Made by a program: the position numbers and the translations under genes. The notes beneath the pieces are model-generated. The model had not been told where the DNA came from. It ran no database searches and worked only from the letters and a program-made list of their open reading frames with translations. A stretch of 50,356 bases of DNA from a virus (taxonomy: Duplodnaviria; Caudoviricetes). The DNA lies in IMG/VR virus record IMGVR_UViG_3300048823_000117, positions 1 through 50,356 of that record. The stretch is one strand, 5' to 3'. Shown one piece after another: positions 28,435 to 35,205 of the stretch (the stretch's first letter is position 1; every line of letters begins with the position of its first letter).

Positions 28435-29289
28435 CTAGTTGGATCCGACGGCGCCAGTGGATAGCAAATAACTGCCCGTAGTGCAGTTGGGCGTCGTGAA
28501 ACTGCCGGTCCCCTCATTCCAATACGAGCCGCTAGTGCCATTCGGAACTGCGAAGACGCCCGTACTGGACCAGAAGGAGTGCGTACACGAGGCGCCGGAT
28601 CCTTCCGTAAACACCAGTCCCGTGGTATCCCAATTATCGTACTGCCCCACCCCGGATGAGCCGAAGGTCGCAGCGTTGGATCCTGTGGAGGTTACCCGCC
28701 TATCCTCGAACAGCACCAGATTCCCGGATGGAGAGAGCCAAGGATTTCCCCTGGTGGTGAACCCGGTTCCAGCGGTGGGTGCCACTCCATTGTTCTCATT
28801 GGCAGTCATACCCCACAGCATGGCTGGCACTGAGGTGATCGAAATCGTCGTGGAGGTCACCGTATCCGTGCCGTTGGTGGTGCCGGCTTGGGTTTGTCCA
28901 ATACACCCGGCATAAGCGCCTAGCCCTGAGTATTCCGATACCAAGATACCCGACAGGCCGCCTACCGCTGTCGCGGTGACGACCGTGGCTCCAGCGGCTG
29001 CGGCCAATACGTAATAGTAAGAAGTGCTGAAAGCAGCCCCCGTGACGGTGCAGGCGGCCGTGTAGGTGTTGCCGTTTCCGGTCACAGTAGCGATAGGTTT
29101 GCCGCTATTTGCGATATAGACGCCAACGATGAGCGTGTCACCGGCAGTCACAGTGATCGAGCTTGCGGCGATGGAACCCACGCCAGATGCGGTGTTGTTC
29201 TGCCCATCTTGAACGTGTGCGTAGGTTGCGAATGCCGGGGATGCAATCGCAAGAAGAAACAGCGCAAGAGTTGCGCGCAGTAGTTTCAC
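28435..29289 (-). CDS. Signal-peptide beta-rich (fibre/adhesin-like) protein
   Basis: GTG at 29289 overlapping the upstream stop; MKLLRATLALFLLAIASPAFA|T; VTAGDTLIV..SEYSG..PTAGTGFT. Confidence 0.6.
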   Translation of the reverse strand: MKLLRATLALFLLAIASPAFATYAHVQDGQNNTASGVGSIAASSITVTAGDTLIVGVYIANSGKPIATVTGNGNTYTAACTVTGAAFSTSYYYVLAAAAGATVVTATAVGGLSGILVSEYSGLGAYAGCIGQTQAGTTNGTDTVTSTTISITSVPAMLWGMTANENNGVAPTAGTGFTTRGNPWLSPSGNLVLFEDRRVTSTGSNAATFGSSGVGQYDNWDTTGLVFTEGSGASCTHSFWSSTGVFAVPNGTSGSYWNEGTGSFTTPNCTTGSYLLSTGAVGSN

Positions 29290-31271
29290 TGTATGTACCC
29301 CTGGATTGCCTGCCACTTAGCTGGTGCACTGCCAATAGGTGAGATCGTCTGCATGATGCTTTCGAGCGCTCCCCATGCGCCGTTGAAAGTGATCGGCCCA
29401 ACATCTGAGAAGATGTTGTTGATGTTTGTGGAAGTGGCGCCGACGTTGGTCTTCCAATAGTTCAGGTACGTCGTGTATGCAGTGCCCATTCGCGCATCAC
29501 GCTCAGCGCTAATGACAAGTGCAGGCCATCCGCTTGCTGTCCCTGATGATGTCGCATAGAAGTTCTGGCCGCCCTCATAGGCAACGAGGCTCAACGTCGG
29601 ATAGGTCGGCATGATCGCCGTGTAACTGTTTATCTGGCCCTCGATCTGCCCCAGCCATCCACCCGATGGGACGCTCGAATAGCTCTGTGATCCATTACCA
29701 ACGGTGCCTGTTTGGCTGTAGAGGGTTGCAAAGAAGTCATCTAAGGGAGTGGTGACGCCGGTCATCGTCGTGGCATCACCGGAACTTGGATTTCCGCCCC
29801 AGTAAGGAGCTATCGAGAGTGCTTTTACCGGGTAGCTGGTGACCGGCCCGCTTGGCCAATCAGCCGCCGCAATCGCAAGTGTTGCGGTCGCTGTGAAGGA
29901 AGCCTGTCCGCCTAAGACAGGAATACAGTTGGCAAAGAGCGTTGAGCCCACCGCGGTTTGAATGTCGGTGGCCATCTGCGCCACCCGCATGCCGTACCAA
30001 CTGCGGTTATATTCAAATCCACCGGCCGCGGTGTCGGACGGCCACAGCACATATCCTGCGGTAGAGGCAATCGTGTTTTGAGGAAATGCGCCGTTCCACA
30101 CCTCGTTGGAGAACTCAGAGTAGAACTTCAAACCTGAAGTAAGCGCAGAATATCCCGACTGTGCCCCGGTCCCGCTCATGACCAGTTGCGCCCAGCTTTC
30201 TATGTAGGCGTCGGAGGCGTTCACGGGCACGTTCATCCAACAATTGGCACCGATCGCATTGCACATCGCGACCTGGACTTCGTAGGGCACGCCATCCGAT
30301 CGGGTGTACGAAGCATTAGACGGCAGCGCCCGATTCGCCCAGGACTTGGAAATATCGACTGGGAAATAGGGCAGGTAGTTGAACGAGGTCCCCCCGGTCC
30401 AACTGACAGTTGTGCTCCCATAGGTAAAGGATGCCGCCTTTACCTCGCTTTGCGGGGCGCTGTTGCTTAAAGTGCCGAAGTAGATGTTGTAGGTTCCGGT
30501 CGGATACGGCCATGCTTGGTTGAGCGTAAGACCTGTGGCACCTGAGTTGATCTGCGTTCCGCTAGAACACGCGCCAGATGATGCACAGGCTGCCTCGTAG
30601 GCTTGAGCATTCGTGTTGCGCCAGTCCATCATGCGCAATAGCTTGAAGTTAGCCATCGCGGTGAGGAATGATGGGGCAAATATCGCTCCGGCGTTGTAGG
30701 CGGCAACATTGCTGGTCTGAACGATGCTCAGGTTTGTGAGATGGTTTCCTGAAGTTGACGATGTGATATTGACGAAGAGGCCGTTCGTCGTGGCGCTTGA
30801 GACCGTAAAGGTACTTCCGGATGTCGTGATCGTCGCGCTCGCATCCCCTGAAATGACGACTGTTCCGGCACCTGAGAACTGAACGGTGTAACTGCCCGTG
30901 GGGTAATAGAGGCTCTGTCCGGGAGCCAGCGAATATCCGCCAGGTGCCCGATAGACGAGGCAATAGACCTGCGTGCTGGTGAGGCCGCTTTGAGGAATGA
31001 TCAGCGGATAGCCGTCAGAGTCCGTATTGAGCGAGTATTCCTCGCTCGTGTCGCCCCCTCCGTTCGAGGTACTGGTGACCCAGGTAGAATCTAGCGTGTT
31101 GCTGCCGCACATCTTCATGATATTCATGAAGGGAAATTCGGTCGTGAAGTAGTTGACGGAAGTCAGCTCAATGCCTAACGGGTTTACAACTATCGGAACA
31201 GCCCCCCACGGGCGCGCGAAAGTGGGCAGCGATGCCGTCAAACACAGCAGAACCGGAAGTAAGCGCTTCAT
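29286..31271 (-). CDS. Signal-peptide clan GH-A-like glycoside hydrolase (putative depolymerase)
   Basis: MKRLLPVLLCLTASLPTFA|R; FPFMNIMK, LRMMDW, GVPYE..CN...WMNVP, EFSNEVWN (acid/base), AYEGGQ (nucleophile), WGALE. Confidence 0.7.
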   Translation of the reverse strand: MKRLLPVLLCLTASLPTFARPWGAVPIVVNPLGIELTSVNYFTTEFPFMNIMKMCGSNTLDSTWVTSTSNGGGDTSEEYSLNTDSDGYPLIIPQSGLTSTQVYCLVYRAPGGYSLAPGQSLYYPTGSYTVQFSGAGTVVISGDASATITTSGSTFTVSSATTNGLFVNITSSTSGNHLTNLSIVQTSNVAAYNAGAIFAPSFLTAMANFKLLRMMDWRNTNAQAYEAACASSGACSSGTQINSGATGLTLNQAWPYPTGTYNIYFGTLSNSAPQSEVKAASFTYGSTTVSWTGGTSFNYLPYFPVDISKSWANRALPSNASYTRSDGVPYEVQVAMCNAIGANCWMNVPVNASDAYIESWAQLVMSGTGAQSGYSALTSGLKFYSEFSNEVWNGAFPQNTIASTAGYVLWPSDTAAGGFEYNRSWYGMRVAQMATDIQTAVGSTLFANCIPVLGGQASFTATATLAIAAADWPSGPVTSYPVKALSIAPYWGGNPSSGDATTMTGVTTPLDDFFATLYSQTGTVGNGSQSYSSVPSGGWLGQIEGQINSYTAIMPTYPTLSLVAYEGGQNFYATSSGTASGWPALVISAERDARMGTAYTTYLNYWKTNVGATSTNINNIFSDVGPITFNGAWGALESIMQTISPIGSAPAKWQAIQGYIQ

Positions 31272-31964
31272 TTAATTGAAGTCGCAGTTGAAGCTGATGA
31301 CATCAGTTGTCGCAGCTGCTGCCGGAATCGGCAGCGTCGCCGTCGTGGTGGTGCTGGCCGATTGAATCCAGGCCGGGATCCACGTACCCGCGTTCATGGC
31401 TGTCTGATCCCCTACGCTGCAGTGATAGCCGTACGGTGCAGTGAAGCCAGTAGCGCCGTTTATCTCAATGGTGACCGCCGTGCACGGACCTGAAGCCAAC
31501 GTAAACGTGCCCCCGAACGGCCCTGCGTGCGTGATCGTGGGAGTGCAGCCAGTGCCGCTGATCGTATAGGCGGTGGTGGCGCCGATATCTGCGATAGTGC
31601 TTGCAGAGGCCGCGACGAATGAGGTTCCTCCCGCTCCCGTCTGATACGGGATATTGTTCGCTGCGCCGCCGGCGATGTTGGTGGCTGTACCGACAGTGAC
31701 GGTTGATGCAGCAGTACCCGTGCAATTGGTTGTACTGGTGAAGATGCACAGCTGACCGACAGAGCCAGGACCAATACCAGCGCTTCCACTGCCACAAGCT
31801 GCCCCAGCGTCTGCCAAGACGCCGACCTGTTGCCACTTCGTACAGTCACCAGGAGTAATTGGGGTGATGTAGGTCAGTCCGCTAACCGATCCACCACCGA
31901 CGCCTTGGGCGAACCCGATGATCGGGACCAGGGCTAGGAGGAGCAGGGCGAGTAGGCGGCACAT
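31272..31964 (-). CDS. Signal-peptide, Cys-rich fibre-like protein
   Basis: MCRLLALLLLALVPIIGFA|Q; ITPGDCTKW..LADAGAACGSG module; ATNIAGGAANNIPYQTGAG fibre repeat. Confidence 0.6.
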   Translation of the reverse strand: MCRLLALLLLALVPIIGFAQGVGGGSVSGLTYITPITPGDCTKWQQVGVLADAGAACGSGSAGIGPGSVGQLCIFTSTTNCTGTAASTVTVGTATNIAGGAANNIPYQTGAGGTSFVAASASTIADIGATTAYTISGTGCTPTITHAGPFGGTFTLASGPCTAVTIEINGATGFTAPYGYHCSVGDQTAMNAGTWIPAWIQSASTTTTATLPIPAAAATTDVISFNCDFN

Positions 31965-31966
31965 GG

Positions 31967-32572
31967 CTAATTCCTGCCCTGTGAGGCGACGAGGAACGCC
32001 TTACCCGCACCAGTGAAGGCGGTACAGATGAGGCGAGACATCCAGACTGGGTAGGCGTAATTGCCAGTTGCGCGAGCTACGAGGCCAGTTAGCGACGGGT
32101 GGGTGAACACGCGGGCGGAGGTCACTCGGGCCTGGAATACGCTTGTCTGGTTAACCGGAGTCACGACGGTGTAGGTATTCACGCCCGTTACCGTAACCGG
32201 GTAGCCAGACTGGTTGCCCGAGTCAACGCCGACTTGCGAGCCCTGGAGGAATACCAAGTCGCCGGTTAGCAGCCCATGACCGAACGGGCCACCCCAGGCC
32301 TGGTTCGACGGTGCGCCGTTAATGGTCTCGGGGCCGTAGTCGGTTATCGTAGCAGTAGTCGAGGCAGACTGAACGCCTTGAACCAGACGCTCAGAGGTCT
32401 GTGACTGGTCGTCGGCGACGTACTGAACCGCAAGAGTGGCGTTGAGGACGCTGTCGAAGAACACGCTCAGCGTGACGTCGAACGGACTCTGCCCAGTGTC
32501 GTGCTTGATCCAGGGGCTTACCGAGGCAGTCCCAGCGACCGCCATGGCGACCTGTTGGATTCGCGTAGCCAT
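31967..32572 (-). CDS. Putative virion protein (beta-sandwich with an E1-FCCH-like insertion)
   Basis: SPWI..PFDV..VQY..DD..GNYAYPV..RL frame with an inserted HGLLTGDLV..YPVTVTGVNTYT. Confidence 0.55.
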   Translation of the reverse strand: MATRIQQVAMAVAGTASVSPWIKHDTGQSPFDVTLSVFFDSVLNATLAVQYVADDQSQTSERLVQGVQSASTTATITDYGPETINGAPSNQAWGGPFGHGLLTGDLVFLQGSQVGVDSGNQSGYPVTVTGVNTYTVVTPVNQTSVFQARVTSARVFTHPSLTGLVARATGNYAYPVWMSRLICTAFTGAGKAFLVASQGRN

Positions 32573-32862
32573 TAGGCAACTCCCTTCAATCGCTTCGACG
32601 GCCGGATAGGATCTCGGCCCTCGTCTTGGGCCTTGGGCTCCGAGTCGAACATCGGATTCCGGTCGGCGAACCGAGTTCCTCGAGTACCATCCGGTACCGG
32701 CTTCCCAGGACCCGGGACCGACGAATTAACCCTCCCGGGGGCCAGGACCGCAAGGTTCGGCACTGGCTGTCGAGTCGCCTGTCCACGTTTCGACCACTTG
32801 GTTGTCACAGAATTAACCTCCGGCAGCCCCGGAGGCTGCTGACTTAACGACGATCTCGGCAT
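32572..32862 (-). CDS. Hypothetical basic Pro-rich protein
   Basis: Coupled ORF after terS. Confidence 0.5.
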   Translation of the reverse strand: MPRSSLSQQPPGLPEVNSVTTKWSKRGQATRQPVPNLAVLAPGRVNSSVPGPGKPVPDGTRGTRFADRNPMFDSEPKAQDEGRDPIRPSKRLKGVA

Positions 32863-33436
32863 CCGAGACGTCGGGAGACTGGTTGAGGTTGCGCAGATTG
32901 TCGCGCAGCTGATGCAGGTGCAAGTGCATATCCACCCGCTGCGGGGTGCCGGGCAGGTCCCGGGCGCCGTAACCGAGGAGCTTCGAGGTCATCTCGGCCG
33001 ACTTGATGATTAGCTGAGGAGGAATGAGTTCCTCGGGCTGGTCGAGCTTACTCGCCAATAGCCGAAGGCTATTCTTGAGAATCCCCCGGGCTTCTTCCTC
33101 GATCGAGGCGAACCGGAGCTTAAACGCCGCCTGGCGCTCGGGCTCGATTGACTTCTCGATTCGATCCGCAAGGCGGACCTGGAATGCGTCGCTGGCGATC
33201 AGCCGGCTGAGGTAGCTCTGGGTATAGCCAAGGCGCTTGGCCAGCTGCCCCTGCGTCTCGGTCGGGGGGCTAAGTAAGAGCGCATCAACGATCTGCTCAT
33301 AGGTCAACGAGACTGTAGTTATTGGTGGCAACCTAGCCGAGGCGGCTGGACTGGCACCTGATACCTGCGGGGCAGACGGTTCGTCTGGGGGTGATGCGAT
33401 CCCCAGTAGGCTTAACGTCCCTGCGGTGCCGTCCAG
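32813..33436 (-). CDS. Putative terminase small subunit / HTH protein (CTG start at 33436 proposed; ORF track start 33331)
   Basis: HTH TQGQLAKRLGYTQSYLSRLIASDAFQ; first gene of the late arm; the frame is open to a CTG preceded by GGGGAGAAGGGA. Confidence 0.6.
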   Translation of the reverse strand: MDGTAGTLSLLGIASPPDEPSAPQVSGASPAASARLPPITTVSLTYEQIVDALLLSPPTETQGQLAKRLGYTQSYLSRLIASDAFQVRLADRIEKSIEPERQAAFKLRFASIEEEARGILKNSLRLLASKLDQPEELIPPQLIIKSAEMTSKLLGYGARDLPGTPQRVDMHLHLHQLRDNLRNLNQSPDVSDAEIVVKSAASGAAGG

Positions 33437-33472
33437 TCCCTTCTCCCCCGGTCGTTCTGCGACCGTATCGAG

Positions 33473-33501
33473 AACATACCATAAGCGGCGACCCGTGTCA
33501 A
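33473..33501 (-). promoter_or_regulatory. Sigma70-type promoter for the late arm
   Basis: Minus strand TTGACA-17 nt-TATGTT with extended TG. Confidence 0.7.
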
Positions 33502-33670
33502 CTAAGTAATGAAACTATTTTCACGACTGAGCCGGTCAGGTCCAGGTCATCGGGGCGGCGGGCCGGTCGGCGGATGGCCCCAGGACTGCATACGGCGGCC
33601 GGTGGGCGGCGATCGTCGGCGGCCGGTACCCTAGTGGCGGGTCCGTTCGCCCCGCCCATATCGCGTCTGA

Positions 33671-33710
33671 TTACGATATCTTGTTATGGGGGTTAACCTG
33701 ATATCGTTAA
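33671..33710. promoter_or_regulatory. Conserved 40-bp dyad element, copy C
   Basis: TTACGATATCTTGTTAT-GGGGG-TTAACCTGATATCGTTAA. Confidence 0.7.
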
Positions 33711-33805
33711 TGGCAGGACCCGCAATGTTCGAGAAAGCCTGGTACACTTTTACTGTGGGCGAATTATTTGCCCCCCAGGCGGCCCAGTCAGCGGGCGACC
33801 CTGGC

Positions 33806-34031
33806 TGCGGCAGTGCAACAAGCTAATGCGAATGATTATCAATCGCAGTCGCTAATGCGAATGATAATCATTCGCAGTCGCATTAGCATTAGCAATTGCG
33901 CTTGACTGTGCTAGTGATGTAGCACACCAGCCTACTACATAGCTACTCATGTAGGCTGCTACACTACCACTAGGCTAGACGGCTGGCCTGTTGCAGCGCC
34001 GCATGAACGCGGTTCAGGGTGCAGTGCGACA
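33806..34031. promoter_or_regulatory. Three PhaR-like TGC-rich pseudo-palindromes (33806-33820, 33989-34003, 34017-34031)
   Basis: TGCGGCAGTGCAACA, TGTTGCAGCGCCGCA (inverted near-copy of the first) and GGGTGCAGTGCGACA, all close to TGTTGCAnTGCAACA. Confidence 0.45.
33822..33879. promoter_or_regulatory. Two tandem 29-bp repeats, each containing a Fur box
   Basis: GCTAATGCGAATGATTATCAATCGCAGTC and GCTAATGCGAATGATAATCATTCGCAGTC. The second is a perfect 10-1-10 palindrome matching 15/19 of GATAATGATAATCATTATC. Confidence 0.75.
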
Positions 34032-34150
34032 ATCCATGCGGTCGATGGCTGGTATCACTACGATGGATTATCCAGCCGATGGATAGCTATCATTCGTCAG
34101 ATGGATAATCCATCGCGTCGATGGCTGGTATTCGTGGAACGAATGGCGAG

Positions 34151-34166
34151 TGTTCCACGTGGAACA
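34151..34166. promoter_or_regulatory. parS: parS centromere site (chromosomal ParB type)
   Basis: Perfect 16-bp palindrome TGTTCCACGTGGAACA matching the consensus TGTTNCACGTGNAACA. Confidence 0.85.
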
Positions 34167-34183
34167 TAAATGATCCGCGCGCG

Positions 34184-34201
34184 TAGCAAGATGCGTGCCA
34201 A
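34184..34201 (-). promoter_or_regulatory. Sigma54 (RpoN) -24/-12 site
   Basis: Minus strand TTGGCACGCATCTTGCTA = TGGCAC-N5-TTGC. Confidence 0.7.
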
Positions 34202-34252
34202 TTCGTCGGGCGAAAGATTACGAAAATGTAATGCAAATCGTTGAACAAACCC

Positions 34253-34281
34253 TTGACGGCGATGGACTAACTAGGTAGACT
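34253..34281 (+). promoter_or_regulatory. Sigma70 early promoter P1
   Basis: TTGACG-17 nt-TAGACT, followed by GGAGG RBS and the ATG at 34314. Confidence 0.75.
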
Positions 34282-34313
34282 GACATCGTTAGCTAAACGA
34301 ATGGAGGAACGAC

Positions 34314-34523
34314 ATGACGACATTGCAATTAACCCGGCCGATGGCGAATTGGCGAACGGCCGTCAATACCGGCATCACGTACATGTGGAGTCGGTTGAAT
34401 CGAATTGACCGGCACAACGAACGGGCTCGGAATCGAATTGACCGGCACAACGAACGGGCTCGGACGTGGCGGGTGCTGGAACAAATTGACCGCAACAATG
34501 TGCAGATGAATGTCAAATATTAG
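34314..34523 (+). CDS. First early gene, hypothetical, with an internal 11-aa duplication
   Basis: GGAGGAACGAC-ATG; NRIDRHNERAR twice. Confidence 0.7.
   Translation: MTTLQLTRPMANWRTAVNTGITYMWSRLNRIDRHNERARNRIDRHNERARTWRVLEQIDRNNVQMNVKY
34397..34462 (+). repeat. Perfect 2 x 33-bp in-frame tandem repeat
   Basis: GAATCGAATTGACCGGCACAACGAACGGGCTCG twice, with a degenerate third copy near 34479. Confidence 0.9.
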
Positions 34524-34552
34524 TTGACACGTTCTGGGCATTCGTGTAATGT
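34524..34552 (+). promoter_or_regulatory. Sigma70 early promoter P2
   Basis: TTGACA-17 nt-TAATGT. Confidence 0.7.
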
Positions 34553-34589
34553 CCAGGCGCGTGGCAATTACGCCATTAGGAGGAACGAC

Positions 34590-34982
34590 ATGGAAACGAA
34601 ACGAAAGACTGGGATTGCCGTTAACTACACGGCTGGTGTCATCACATGGTCGGACATTGAGGGGAAATCGGCTCCGATTACATTGTCGGTTCCGGACCTG
34701 TCGCAGGAAATCCGTGACCAAGGTTTGATGCATGGCATTGACCAGAAGGTGACTGATGCCGGGGCGATGGGCACTGACCATTGGGATGGCAAAGACAAGG
34801 CCAAACGTCCTGCCACAACGGCGGAGCGGCTCGCGAGAATGCGTCGGGTAGCTGACAATCTCGTTTCAGGTAACTGGAATGTCAGACAATCGGCCGATCC
34901 CCTTGCCAATAAGACTCCTGAACAGCTGGAACAGCTGATGGCCGCCATTCAGGCGAAATTGACGGCGATTGGAGTTAGCTGA
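34590..34982 (+). CDS. Early protein, paralog of 39069-39791
   Basis: AGGAGG RBS and ATG at 34590; HGIDQKVTDAGA..LVSGNWNVR. Confidence 0.75.
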   Translation: METKRKTGIAVNYTAGVITWSDIEGKSAPITLSVPDLSQEIRDQGLMHGIDQKVTDAGAMGTDHWDGKDKAKRPATTAERLARMRRVADNLVSGNWNVRQSADPLANKTPEQLEQLMAAIQAKLTAIGVS

Positions 34983-34999
34983 TAGGCTAATCGTGACGC

Positions 35000-35032
35000 G
35001 GGCCTGGGGATTGACGATTAGTCCCCAGGTCC
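35000..35032 (+). terminator. Strong hairpin after the early gene (terminator or processing stem)
   Basis: GGGCCTGGGGATTGA-CGA-TTAGTCCCCAGGTCC followed by a weak U tract. Confidence 0.5.
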
Positions 35033-35051
35033 ATGTTGTTATCAACACCTA

Positions 35052-35205
35052 TCATCATTATCCCGAAACAACATACGGGCCTTATTTCGGCGGCCGGGTT
35101 CCTTGTTCCTTTTAATATATTCTCTTTCAGATAGAACACTCAAAACGCAAAATGACTGAGCGGGGGTATAAAAGAGGATCGTATGTTGTATCGGGATGAT
35201 AATGA
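35052..35205. repeat. 26-bp imperfect inverted repeat enclosing an AT-rich core (origin candidate)
   Basis: TCATCATTATCCCGAAACAACATACG (35052-35077) versus CGTATGTTGTATCGGGATGATAATGA (35180-35205), 23/26. Confidence 0.65.

Noticed and set aside
33391-33696. 101-aa plus-strand ORF in the control region
   Set aside because: No RBS, low-complexity Arg/Gly/Pro translation, and it overlaps the late promoter and a dyad.
33822-33879. 29-bp repeats as a mini CRISPR array, with the Cas4-like gene
   Set aside because: The repeats abut with no spacer and there are no other cas genes. The Cas4-like nuclease sits in a Sak4/SSB recombination module.
34004-34016. LexA box (TGAACGCGGTTCA)
   Set aside because: The spacer is 3 nt, not the GAAC-N4-GTTC of Gram-positive SOS boxes, and it does not match CTGT-N8-ACAG.
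34062-34114. DnaA boxes (TTATCCAGC, TTATCCATC)
   Set aside because: Only 7/9 matches to TTATCCACA and better explained as part of the GATGGATWATCC dyads; not excluded.
34217-34232. Pho box or other named operator at ATTACGAAAATGTAAT
   Set aside because: The dyad is real, but the match to any consensus I know is too weak to name.
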